The notes under the pieces are model-generated. The model made no database searches and was not told where the DNA came from. It saw only the letters and a list, made by a program, of their open reading frames with translations. Shown here piece by piece: positions 34,368 through 45,863 of a stretch of DNA of 55,263 nucleotides. A program made the translations under genes and the position numbers. Numbering within the stretch: the first letter of the stretch is position 1; every line of letters starts with the position of its first letter. Origin of the DNA: Craspedostauros australis (lineage: Eukaryota); assembly GCA_030167865.1 (NCBI GenBank), contig JALAGF010004103.1, positions 1-55,263 on the forward strand, in the 5' to 3' direction.

Positions 34368-37277
34368 TTAATCCATCAGATCCAACGGTGCGATGGCAGA
34401 CGTGATTGGATGCTTTGCGCTGCTTCGGGTGCTGCGGTCGTCGCTATCGTCATCGTCGTCATCAGATCTGCTCCTGCCACCGACCGTCGCGCGGAAACCG
34501 ACAGGCGTTAACTGCGAGAAGAAGCCGCCCAGTGAACGTGGTCCGTGAGCGCTGTTATGTGTGCTGCCGCCGTGCGTGCTGCCTCGGTCAAGGGATTTGG
34601 ACTTGCCGATTTCCTTGCGCAGGGATTCGATGAAGAGATTCTTTTCATCGAGCTCTTCGATGAGCTGGTCGATCTCCTTCTGATGCTGACGTTCCGTTTC
34701 ATCGCGTTCCTCCTTTAGCTGCTGGATTTCCTGCTTGTAGTGCGATGGGAACCCGTTGCTGTTGCCATCAGCAGTGGTCGTTGTGATGGCCGTGCTGGCA
34801 TTTCCTGTGCCACTGACATGGCTGGGAGATGCGGATGGGTAGGTTGTCAATGCTGTTGTTGCTGCTGCTGCTGATGATGATGTTATCGCAGATGACAGTG
34901 ACGGTGCAGCCTGGATGGCCAATGCTGGATTCTCAATGCGTTGAATGTACGCCTTGAGCCTCTGGATCTCATCATCCTGCTCCTCGATGGTGGACTGCGC
35001 AACTTCGTAGTTCTGCTTGAGGATGGCATACTCGCCCTTCAAGAATCCCTTGTCGTCATCACCGTCGTGCTTGTTGTGGTTGGAATTGTCGCGTTCGATT
35101 TCATGCTCGTGTTGCTCCATCTCCAACATGGAGACGCGGCATTGCATGGTTTCGTACTCCTGCTGGAGCTGGTGCAGCTCCTCCTCCAGCAGCTTGTTCT
35201 TCTCGAGCTGCTTCTGATGCTTGATGTAGATCCCGTCCTGCTCGCTCTGGAAATGAATGCGTTGCTGACGCAGCAGGTTACGTTCCTGTGAGAGCGCCTT
35301 CTCGATGGTCTCCACAGCATCCTGACGCTGCTGCAGGGATGCGTTGGCACCGTACTGCGTGATGGCCATCCTGGATGCACGGATTGCGCAGAAGTAGGTG
35401 TCGAGCTCCTGCATGGCCTGCTTGGATTGCGCCTCGGCTCCCTTGATCTTTTCCTCACGCTGGTTGAGCTCTGTCTCCCAGACGGCCAGACACTGCTCGC
35501 GGGCGTTGGAGACGTCGCGTTCGGCTTTCATGACTTCCATGGCGGACGTTGGGGGCTTCTGGAACGCTGCGTCGTCGTCGGAATCATCGTCGCTGTTGCA
35601 TTCTGGAGAAGCTTCGTCAGGCGTCAGGGCTGAGGGCGCGATATCTTCCGATCCATCACCCGCATCAGTCGCCCCCAGTGTTTGCGCTTGCGACTGTGAC
35701 TGCGATTGCGTCTGGGTTGCAACAATGTTGTCAGCACTATCGATGCTCGTTGGCGTTGCAGTGGTGTCCACGGAAACGACCGACTTTGCCCCCTCGGCCT
35801 TGGGAGACATGAGATACCTGCTGCGGCTGCCATCGCCGCTGTTGTCGCTCTCGTGTCCATGATCGTGTCCATGATCGTTGCCATTGTCATTGTCGCTTGA
35901 GGCCTTCTTCCCAGTTGATTTTTTGGTCTTTGAGTTCTTCTTCTTCGATTTCTTGTCCTTCTTCTTGGATCCGCTCTTGGTGGAACCGGTGCCATCGATG
36001 GTGCTGTCTCGCTTCTTCTTCTTGCCGCCCGTGGACACCTCCGCAGTCTCCGAGTCCGAATCAGCCTGCATGCTGGAGCGCTTGTGCTTGCTCTTGGTGC
36101 TTCCCTTGGTGCGCTTCTTGCGCTCCTTGTCTTTGGGCTTGGTCTTGCGGTCGGACTTCTTGTCCTTGCGGCCGGGAAGGGGGCTCTTGGACTGCTTGCG
36201 CTCCTTCCTGTTGGTGCGGATGATGGACATGGGTGCGGTGGAGGTGGAGCGGCCGCCCACAGAGTCATCGTCATCGTCGTCATCGTCGCCGTCATCGTTG
36301 TCCTGATCGCGCGGAGCGTCCGCACGCAGATTGCGACGCCGGTGGCCAGAGCCTCGCAGACCGAAGCGCATGTGCGTGGATCTGGATCGTCCCTGCCGCC
36401 GCACGTCTGTCTGCGCAGTCTGCGTGGTGAACTGGGACATGTCATCGTCATCAACATCATCAACATGGTTGTCAACATGGTTGTCAACATTGTCATTGTC
36501 ATTGTTGTCCTCATCGCTGTTGATGTCCATGTCGCTGTCAATATCCATGTCCATGTCGTAGGCAGCGATGGAGGTCCTGGACTTCCTGGTCTTGCTCTTG
36601 GAGCGCTTGAGCGGCCACGTGAGCAGGTTGGAGACCCTCTTGCGGGCCGAGGCGCTGCGGGAACGGCGTCTGCCGGTGCCTCCGCCAGAGCCGTCCTTGC
36701 CTCGGTTGCCTCCGAAGAGCGAGCTCTCCATGGTCATGCTGGAGACGACCGTGTCATTGTCGTTGTCATTGTCATTGTCGTAGAGAGGCCGCTGGCTGGG
36801 ACGCCTGCCCCTGCGCTTGGGAGAAGCAGACGAAGCATCGGAGGAGTAATTGTACTCCTTCTGCAGCAGATGCATCTTGTGCGCCGAACGCGTGGATTCG
36901 CGGCGATTCAGCTTCGATGCGAGTCTGGAGGGGAGGGCTGCCAGCGCCGACGCGCTCTTGCTGCGGTTGCTGCCGAACTGGCTGCCACGGTCCCTGTTGC
37001 GTCCGCGACCGCGTCCTTGGCTTCGGTCGTCAGCCTCAAGGTCCCCCTCGAGGTCAGCCTCAAGATGAGCCTCAAGGTGAGCCTCGATGACATGGTCTGC
37101 GTCGCCGTCGTGGCTGTTGGCGCCAACGCTGTTCCTCTTCTTGTCCTTCTTCTTCGACGCCCTGGCTGCCTTCGATCGCTTGCCGGACCTGGGAGACACC
37201 ATCTCCTCCTTCAGAGGCATCACGCCTTCCTCCATGTCTCGCATCTTGTCAATCTCGCTCTTTGTCTTCTTCTTGGG
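34368..37277 (-). CDS. Lys/Arg/Asp/Ser-rich low-complexity protein with C-terminal coiled coil, unknown function (5' end uncertain)
   Basis: About 970-codon open frame with coding-like codon usage. It begins right after a likely splice acceptor (CACTTGCAG, 37278); the first in-frame ATG is at 37244. Confidence 0.7.
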   Translation of the reverse strand, partial: PKKKTKSEIDKMRDMEEGVMPLKEEMVSPRSGKRSKAARASKKKDKKRNSVGANSHDGDADHVIEAHLEAHLEADLEGDLEADDRSQGRGRGRNRDRGSQFGSNRSKSASALAALPSRLASKLNRRESTRSAHKMHLLQKEYNYSSDASSASPKRRGRRPSQRPLYDNDNDNDNDTVVSSMTMESSLFGGNRGKDGSGGGTGRRRSRSASARKRVSNLLTWPLKRSKSKTRKSRTSIAAYDMDMDIDSDMDINSDEDNNDNDNVDNHVDNHVDDVDDDDMSQFTTQTAQTDVRRQGRSRSTHMRFGLRGSGHRRRNLRADAPRDQDNDDGDDDDDDDDSVGGRSTSTAPMSIIRTNRKERKQSKSPLPGRKDKKSDRKTKPKDKERKKRTKGSTKSKHKRSSMQADSDSETAEVSTGGKKKKRDSTIDGTGSTKSGSKKKDKKSKKKNSKTKKSTGKKASSDNDNGNDHGHDHGHESDNSGDGSRSRYLMSPKAEGAKSVVSVDTTATPTSIDSADNIVATQTQSQSQSQAQTLGATDAGDGSEDIAPSALTPDEASPECNSDDDSDDDAAFQKPPTSAMEVMKAERDVSNAREQCLAVWETELNQREEKIKGAEAQSKQAMQELDTYFCAIRASRMAITQYGANASLQQRQDAVETIEKALSQERNLLRQQRIHFQSEQDGIYIKHQKQLEKNKLLEEELHQLQQEYETMQCRVSMLEMEQHEHEIERDNSNHNKHDGDDDKGFLKGEYAILKQNYEVAQSTIEEQDDEIQRLKAYIQRIENPALAIQAAPSLSSAITSSSAAAATTALTTYPSASPSHVSGTGNASTAITTTTADGNSNGFPSHYKQEIQQLKEERDETERQHQKEIDQLIEELDEKNLFIESLRKEIGKSKSLDRGSTHGGSTHNSAHGPRSLGGFFSQLTPVGFRATVGGRSRSDDDDDDSDDRSTRSSAKHPITSAIAPLDLMD

Positions 37278-38630
37278 CTGCAAGTGTGATTGTGAGCGTT
37301 AGCGTGAGCGTGATGATGCCAATGGGATGTGAACGTGGATGTGAAGGTGAAGGTGAAGGCGAAAGGTGGTTACCTCGGATGGAGTTGCCGATGCCGGTCT
37401 GCGGTGTTGGTAACTTCGACAGTGTCAACGATTCTGAGAATTGTGTTGGCGGCAGCTCACCAAGAAGATGAAGAAAAGAAATGTTCGGGCAGCAACACCA
37501 CCAACACCAACAACAGCAACAACAACAGCAACAGTAGCTTTGCCGATGGAATTCGATGATGCCGTTGTCAGCAACGCCGAATCTCGGAGCTTGTGCTTCC
37601 TTTCGCGACAAGACCACACTTCGTGAAACTGTGCCACTAACCCCTTCTGCGGTTGCTTATTGTTCGTTGGGAGAGTTTGGTGACCCGTTTTCGTGTTTTG
37701 GGATCGAAAGTACGTTTTCATGCAGACAGCCTTGTTATTAGTATTACCGTGGTAGATCCTATTGGAGGAACCACGTTGCACGTCGAGGAGAGAAAGGCAA
37801 AGGAATCACGCTCTACGACAATCACCCAAACACAATAATTCGCGCGATGACTGCCGTTCGCACGAGACCAAACATCTAACCTGTCCTTCTCCGTGCAGGA
37901 AATCAAGTTCCTTCGTTTCTTCTTGCCAAACAGCCAACGAGTGAAAGTGTTGGTAGCCAGGCGTTGGTTTCTCCTCCTCTCAGCATTGCCGCCGTCGTCG
38001 TCGTCGTCGTTGTTGTTGCTGTTTCTCCATGCCGAATTGCATTCCTCTCCAACCGCCATCGATCGCACACGTGGGAATACGCGCAACTCTCGGACAATCC
38101 AAAACGGCACGCAGAGGCTGGTGACTGTTGTCCAAGGTCCACAACGCAGGACCTTGCGCAGAGAGGCCACAAGCAATACCAACACCGACACTGCCACCAA
38201 CACCGGCACCAATCCAAAGCGATGAGATCCGTGGGATGTGGTGCCGCTTGGTCTTCGTCCATCATTCGCGTTGGTTCACCACACTTCGTCGCATGTCATT
38301 CCACTTCCCCGATCCCGCAAAGTTCCCATCGGTGCCGCTTCCTCCAATGCGACACAGACAAGTGAGACTGATCGCCCGTTTACGAATCACGCAGGAACTA
38401 TTTCCGTATCAATGGATATCAAAACCCCGTTTCGGGATTCGTTCCGCCTGTCACTGTCAACAATCAATCACGATGTCCTGTCGCAAGACAATCCTCTCCA
38501 TTTATGCCTAGTCTTGAACTTGTCCCTTCTATCTCAGTGGAACATTATTGACATTTCGAGGAATTCTGTCGTTCTGTTTGGATTGAAATTAAGTGTATAT
38601 ATGTTGCTTTTTCGACCTCTCAGACCACAA

Positions 38631-38712
38631 GACAACGTGGCCGAGTGGTTAAGGCGATGGACTGCTAATCCATTGTTCTTTGAACGCGAGAGTTCGAATC
38701 TCTCCGTTGTCG
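38631..38712 (+). tRNA. tRNA-Ser (anticodon GCT)
   Basis: Acceptor stem GACAACG/CGTTGTC + discriminator G; D arm TGGCCGAGTGGTTAAGGC; anticodon arm ATGGA-CTGCTAA-TCCAT; long variable arm; T arm GAGAG-TTCGAAT-CTCTC. TTTT Pol III terminator follows, with TATATAT about 30 nt upstream. Confidence 0.97.
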
Positions 38713-40190
38713 TTTTGCTCAACCACAAGTACCAAACGTTTTGCTTCGGAAAACTCTCCTCGATACTGCTTGCTTTTTGCCTCTGTTGATTAGTCCCATT
38801 ATATGATTGCAACTCTACTCTACCAATACGAGTACAATGGGCTCTCATTTGCTTCCTCACATTCTTGCATCATGAGTGAGAGAAAGGCACAGAACAGAGC
38901 AGAGCACATATGAGCGTAATGAGTGGGAGATCCCGTTTGGTTCAACCGTGCTTGCGATAGTGGATTGAGGATGTCAACCCGCTCCTGATCAGTGCAATGA
39001 TTGGCATGGTGTTTGCACTCTGTTTGCTCGGATTTGCATTCAGCCATGCTCCCAGTGAAGACCCCACAAGACAGTTTCGTGACCACGGTGGCACAGTCCA
39101 TGTCGATCATTCCGCGATGCCCCGATCGTTGCTGCCTGCCCGAAGCGCGCAGATGCGACACAAGAAGAACATGCATTCCTGCAACTTCCCTCACGATGAT
39201 TTCATCCCGTCCTCCGTGTCTCTCCCAAAGTTAGGGCGCTGATCCAAAGTCTGCGATCTATGCTCCACGTTGTAGATAGTGTGACCGTGACAAGAAGTGA
39301 TCGTTTGTAGCCGATGGACCGTGGAAAGAGGACGTTGTGTCTGTCTGTTTACTATTTGTATGTTGGAACAATCAACTCCATATGTATGTCATTTTGTGTG
39401 TGACTGTTGAATATACAAACAGAGTGTCCTTAATTGATACAAATGTGTTCAATGTCAGCAATGTTATTGGTGTGTCCCGCGCTTCTGTCTTTCGTTTTTA
39501 TGCCACATCCCCTCCTCAAAATTATTAAGGACACACTAAATGATGCCAAGTTGCATGAAGCAAGTCGCATCAAGCAACGAGGGCCACACTTGTACGAGCG
39601 AACATCTCCGGCGGAAGAGTAGGTCGGACGTGAGAGCAACTGATCATAGCTCGTTAACGCATCAATGTTGAGAGAGAGAGAGAGAGAGAGAGAGAAAGTA
39701 TTGTATGATAGAAAGCCTGCTGCTCCCAACGAACGCGAAATTGTTTGTGTCGACAGTCTCGTGATTCAGATGAATGGTCGCGATTCGACCAGTACGATCA
39801 ACAACACAACGATGACCAACAGGCGTTTGTGTGAGTTTGGTTTTGTGTTGCGGCAAAAACGGCGGTGGTGGGAATGGAACTTCGACGTTCGACGTTTGAC
39901 GATCGCGCGAAGAGGAGGGAGACGCACTGTTCGATGCTGTGTCCAACGAAAGAGGCTGTATGATTGTCCCCTGATGATCACACAGAGACGCTCCGCGCCA
40001 CATCGCCCCAAGGTTTGGGATTCGTCGAAGCTGCAAACGTGAGCGTTGGGAAGAGTGAACGCTGCCGCCCCTCATCAGATCGCGCCAGCGCCGACATCAC
40101 CTCACCGTTTGGAAGAGAGCTGATCATCCAGTGACCCACCCATCCGGAGTGGCCCTTTGCTTGGCATTCATCGACCATTCGTTGGCCTTC

Positions 40191-40234
40191 AGTTGACCAT
40201 TAGTTGATCATTAGTTGATCATTAGTTGACCATG
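40191..40234 (+). repeat. 4 x 11-bp tandem repeat AGTTGAYCATT running into the predicted Spt5 start codon
   Basis: AGTTGACCATT AGTTGATCATT AGTTGATCATT AGTTGACCATG read directly. Confidence 0.9.
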
Positions 40235-43200
40235 GCGTAAGTCGAGATTGTGCATGTGCTGCAAAGCCGGCGATGGAGTGGATCTGTTGATGGATTGCAC
40301 GATGCGCAATGGTCAACGCGTTGATGAAAAGAGAAGCAAGGGGTATCATCTATCTGATGGAGTTGCTGTGTTACATGGTTGCCATGCTTCATTGACTGAT
40401 TGGATGATTGGATGATCGATCGCGGACGATCATCATGGTCACGAAACAACGGGCAGATGGTCATTCTGACACCCTTCTTCGCCTGCTTCTCTTGCTTCTC
40501 CATCTCTGTGTCCATGTCTATCTTCCTCTTCGCTTCTTTGATTGCCTTCCATTGCCTGTGATTGCCTTCCATTGCCAACTTCGCCGCTGTCTCCGCCATC
40601 GAATCGTTGGCTCCAATGCCAACGCTCATACCCGTACTCGCACCAATATCCATGCTGCACGATACTCAAACCATTTCGCAGTTCTCGAGGCGGCAAGTTC
40701 TTCCGACCGGGCAAGAAGTTCCTTCGTCCACCGCCTGCGGACGATGACGAAGATGATTCATCATCGGAGGAGGAAGACGAGCAGCAGGACACGGTGCCGT
40801 CGTCCAAGAAGAACGTCAATGCCAACCTTTCCTCCGACGATGACGACGAGGATGACGACGAAGATGAGGAGGAGGAAGCAGCCAAGTCCAAGAAGCGAAA
40901 GATGTCATCCGCCAAGGGATCCTCCAGCAGCAAGCGACCCAAGGCCAGCTCCTTTTTCGACGAGGAGGCAGAAGCATCCGAAGACGACGACGAAGATGAG
41001 GAGGCCTTCGGAACGCATCACGATCCGCACGATGTTGTCAAGAAGTACTACACGGAGGAAGACATCCGCCGCGAGCAGATGGACGAAGATGCGCAGGAGA
41101 TGATCCGTCAGCAGGATCGCCGTCGTGCGCAGGCGGGGATGACGTTCGGAGAGGAGGAGCACGAAGAACAGGGCCGACCACCGGAGCGCACCGTGGCGGA
41201 CCTCGCCAGGGACATTGAAGACCGCCATCGCATGCAACAGCGTCGTGTGGACCGCAACGTCATGGATCGTCGCGTTGTTCGGGAAGAGACCGGAGTCGGC
41301 GGCCCCGAGTCCTACTCGGCCGTGTCGCAGCAGAGCCTCCTGCCCTCCGTGTCGGATCCAAGCATGTGGATGGTTTCGTGCCTCACGGGCAAGGAGCAGG
41401 AGATGGTCCTGCAGCTCATGAACAAATGCGTTGCGTATGCCAGACGGGGCAAGCCGCTTGGGATCTGCGGTGCCGTGGCGGGACAGTCCAAGGGACGCAT
41501 TTACATCGAGAGTACCAGCGAACCGGCTGTCATGGAGGCCGTCCAGGGCATCCGTGGGCTCATGCAGTACACGATGCGTCTCATGCCCATCCAGGACATG
41601 CCGACTGTCATGACCGTGGTTCCCAAGAACAGACCAGGTACGCGCGACTTGCCACTTTCGATTACCACTGTGAATGTTATTGCCTACTGCCATTGCCATA
41701 TCCGTTGCCATTGCTATCGTTTTTCTTCGTCTCATGGTGGGGTGCATATCCGCACAATCATCATGCTGCCGTTCTCTCACTCATTTTTGCTCATACATCT
41801 CCCCATGTAATTATTATCTGGCTTCTTCGTTTACAATCAAATGCACTATCTTTGTGCACATCATGCCAAACCAAACCAAACGATCAATCGCATCACCCCA
41901 CCCTCCAACATATTGCAACCTATGACGCTCTAATCTCCATCCTGCAATCGACAACAACAACAACAATAGTGAAAAAGAATGACTGGGTGCGCATGACTCG
42001 TGGCCATTACAAAGGCGACCTCGCGCTTGTCCTGTCCGTCCGTGAATCGGGATTGAAGTGCGTCGTCCAATGTGTGCCCCGTATCGATTACACGCTGAGC
42101 GAACTGAGCCCAGAACAGGCGCGCATCCGTCGCAGGACCGTCAAACCCCCGCAAAAGTTCTTCAACCCCGCCGATGCCGCGCTGGTTGGGAACAGCGAAA
42201 TCCGGAGAATGAGATTCCCTGGCTTGGACATTTTCTGCGACGCCTACGACGGCAGTCACTACCAGGATGGTTACCTCATCAAGGAAATGACGGTGGGATC
42301 CATGGTCAAGCGTTGCACGGACGAAGATCCACCGACCCTCGACGAACTGCAGCGCTTCCGCAAACGTCCCAAGTCAGGCGAAGATGACGACGATGAAAAC
42401 GCCGGATCCAAAATGGCATCCTCCCTCTTGGATGAGCTGTCGGAGATGCAGGGCAAGACCAACCTTGGCAAGAAGAGCTCCGGGAGCGGCTTGCTGATCG
42501 GCGACACCGTCGAAGTCATCGAGGGAGACTTGGTTGGATTGAGAGGCAAGATCATGAGCATGGACGGGTCGACCGTGAAGGTCAAGCCAAACGACACCTC
42601 GATGGACATTGGTGGAACTGGCGAAATCGAATTCCTCTCCAACCAGGTGCGCAAGTTCATTGCCGTCGGTGCCCACGTGAAGGTCACGGACGGTCGGTAC
42701 GCCAACGAAACAGGTGTGGTGGTCGCTGTGGAACAGATGGATGGTGAGAGCGATTTCACCGCCGTTGTCTTGACGGATATCACCAACAAGGAAATCTCCG
42801 TCCGAACATCGCAGGTCCGAGAGTCTGCCGAGGTGGCATCCGGGCAGGACAAGTTGGCAGGCTACGAACTGTACGACTTGGTCGTCCTCAGTGGAGGTGG
42901 TTCCGCCAACGAAGTCGGTGTCATCGTTCGAGTCGGGCGAGAGGATTTCACCGTCGTCAACAATCACGGCATCAGTCGCGAGGCTCGGCCTGAAGAATTG
43001 CGAGGAAAGCGCAACCAGGCATCCAACCGCGCAGTGGCGCTGGATGTGCAGGGCAACCAGATCCGTTGCGGTGACTTGGTCAACGTGGCGGAGGGGCCGC
43101 ACAAGGGCAAGGTCGCCACCATCAAGCGCATGAGCCGGTCTCAGCTGTTTCTGTACTCGCAGACCCGTTCGGAACATGCCGGTATCTTCGTGGTCCGCAG

Positions 43201-44299
43201 CAGAAGTTGCGTCTTGTCAGGATCGCGCACACAGGGTCGCGACTCCGGATCTGGCGTCGCAGGCTCCCCGTTCCAATCGCCTCAGTCACAATCGGCCGCC
43301 CCCGTGGCATCACGCGGACGGCGTGACGACGCACTGGTCGGAAAGACTGTCAGAATCCAATCCGGCAAATGGAAAGGGTATCTTGGTGGCGTGTCTGACG
43401 CGACGGCGACGCATGTGCAGGTGGAACTGCATTCCCGTCTGAAGAAGGTGATGGTCGTGCGTGAGAGAGTTGCCGTTGTTGGAGACAAGTTCGGAGCGAC
43501 GGAGAACACCGACACAACCAATATGCCCGACGTCAACCCGATCGGGGCACCGACCACCCCATTCGTCGGCGCAGGAGCAACCCCGATGCACGGAGGTGCT
43601 ACGCCCATGCACGGCGGAGCGACTCCAATGCATGATGCTGGCGCGGACGAAGTCTGGAGGCCTGGTGCGATGGATCAGGATGCAACCTCGTCATCGGACA
43701 ACGATGGATGGGGCGTGTCCACGAAGGAAGAGACTGGATTCGGCGCATCTACGCATGACAACGATGCAGGATGGGGATCGAGCAACCAAGAAAACAGCAC
43801 CTGGGGTGCGACGGCCACCCCGAAGCAGGAGCCAGGTGTCGAGACTTCGCATCAGAATGGAACAGCCTCGATCGACACAAGCGGCGTGGGCGCCAGCGCC
43901 AACGGAACCGGCCCAGCAGGGGCTCCCGCCATCAAGGGCAGCCAAGGTGTGGCGGCAGGCCACGCGGACAATGGTGGCAGCGCGAACGTTTGGTTCATGG
44001 AGCGCGTGTATGTGCAGTTCAAGAGCGATAGCAAATCTGCCGTCATCAAGGAGGTCAACGACGACAGCACGGCCGTGGTGGAGATGGACGATGGCTCCAG
44101 ACGCACAGTTCGGGTCGACGAGGTGTCGCAGGTCCAACCGGTGGAGAAGGACACCGTGCTAGTGATCGGAGGTGCCGACGTCGGCATGGAAGGGCAGCTC
44201 ATCTGCATCGACGACAACGACGCCATCTTGAGGGATGCCAATGAGGAGTTCAAGATCGTCGACTTTGTGCACCTCGCCAAGATCAACAACGATGCGTAG
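40232..44299 (+). CDS. SPT5: Transcription elongation factor Spt5, 3 exons
   Basis: Exon 1 coding 40232-40236 (ATGGC), intron 40237-40681, exon 2 40682-41637, intron 41638-41969 (GTACGC...CAATAG), exon 3 41970-44299; about 1096 aa. Acidic N-terminus (FFDEEAE), LLPSVSDPSMW + NGN domain, multiple KOW motifs, CTR repeats GATPMHG. Confidence 0.95.
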
Positions 44300-44882
44300 T
44301 GCTAGATATTGATGTTGATGTTGATCGGAATGGTCTCTCCTCGAGTAGAGAGCAATCGTACGCACCCTGCATACTCCACTCCAGCAGGAGCGCAGTCCCG
44401 TACAATGAAGCACAACATACGATCTACGATGCTCTCCGAGTGCGATCATGATAGATGGAACATCAGGACGACAACCCTACGGATAATCATCAACATTAAG
44501 GTCTCATCAATACTATAAATGGAGTACGATACGTTCCACTTGCAACTTGCCGTGCGCAATCGTACGCGTATGCGCATGGTGATGCTCTCAGGAGCATCCC
44601 TTGCAAAGTCATCAACGCACTTGAACGCAAGTGCCAACAGTACGATGCTCCATTCCATTCCGTTCAATTTGCTTTGTTTTGGACGTAGGAAGATCACTGA
44701 TGTTAGTACTCTTGAGTCTTACAGAAGAGTAGCAGAGGATGGTAGTCGCTCTCTCAATAGCGAGAGAGAAAGAGAACGTGCCATGCATTATATCATATAA
44801 TATTATATTATACTTCACATTCGATCGTACTGGAGTATAGCATGCCACATGCACTAGTTGATAGCAGGGTGGTACCAACGCA

Positions 44883-45308
44883 TCAATCTTCCTTCTGGAC
44901 CACGACGTTCCATTCCTGAATCTTGTGTCCGGTGACGATCCCTGCGGAGACGTAGGGATCCTGCTCCACGAAGAGCTCGGCGGACGCAGCGTCGTTGAAG
45001 ACGAAGATGGCGCCCGTGGGGACCTCCATGGCGACTTCTCCGATGGGACCGCCGCTCACGCACTTGCCCTCGCCGATGAGCTTCTTGGCCAAGCCAATGT
45101 GTCCCTCGCGATACGGCCCTCGCTTTTCCAGAACATCGGGGATGTAGTCGTACGTGAGGACGAACTGCGTTGCAGACAGCGAAGTGGTGGATGAGATGCC
45201 TCTGCTGCCTGCGCGAATGCCGCTCGCGAGAGGTCGGAATGCCAACACTGACTGTCGTCCAGCCGCTGCGACGGCGACCGCGAAACCGAGTCTTCCCAAT
45301 CCAGTCAT
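44883..45308 (-). CDS. YciI-related domain protein with probable plastid presequence
   Basis: FVLTYDYIPDVLEKRGPYREGH..SGGP..GAIFVF..FVEQDPYV..GIV..IQEW matches the YCII pattern; N-terminal hydrophobic stretch with VLA-FRP site. Confidence 0.85.
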   Translation of the reverse strand: MTGLGRLGFAVAVAAAGRQSVLAFRPLASGIRAGSRGISSTTSLSATQFVLTYDYIPDVLEKRGPYREGHIGLAKKLIGEGKCVSGGPIGEVAMEVPTGAIFVFNDAASAELFVEQDPYVSAGIVTGHKIQEWNVVVQKED

Positions 45309-45863
45309 GATGTGCCTTGCCTCTCTCGAGTAATTATGTGATTGTGATTGTGATTGTGAGGATGAACGAAGTGGAGTTGAATGGGGAGATGTTATGTTGT
45401 TGCGGCAGTTCCTCTTTGGATGCTCCTTCCAGCCATAAATGTTTGGTGCTGGTCAGCGTCAACGACGCCAAGGATCCCGACGGCGTCAAAGACATGTAGA
45501 TCTTTGGATCTTTCTTGTTTCGGCTTGCCGCACAGAACGAGAACAACAACGTGGTGCTTGATTAGCCCTTTTGACAACTGCGGATATGTCGCTTTCTGCA
45601 GCAAGAAATGCGACAAACGAGTATTTGGCGGAAGCGCTTGTATTTTCCGAGAAGATTTCGCATTCCGATCAGAAATTGCGGTCAGAATCCCAATCGACGC
45701 ACACAACCTCAGCCATCAACTGCGTCGCGGCACGGAATGGTGGGAGGCCCCATTGTTGCGAATTGATCAGAGAGAGAGAGAGACAGTCATATACCCCACA
45801 TATTATACCCACATATTATACTCACATATTATACTCACGTACCCATCTGCCACAACGACCAAG

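Noticed and set aside
36084-37289. 401-aa hydrophobic plus-strand ORF
   Set aside because: Antisense shadow of the Lys/Asp-rich minus-strand gene.
41366-41969. N-terminal extension of the 977-aa Spt5 ORF in the track
   Set aside because: It reads an alternative frame and intron sequence; the spliced model restores the NGN domain.
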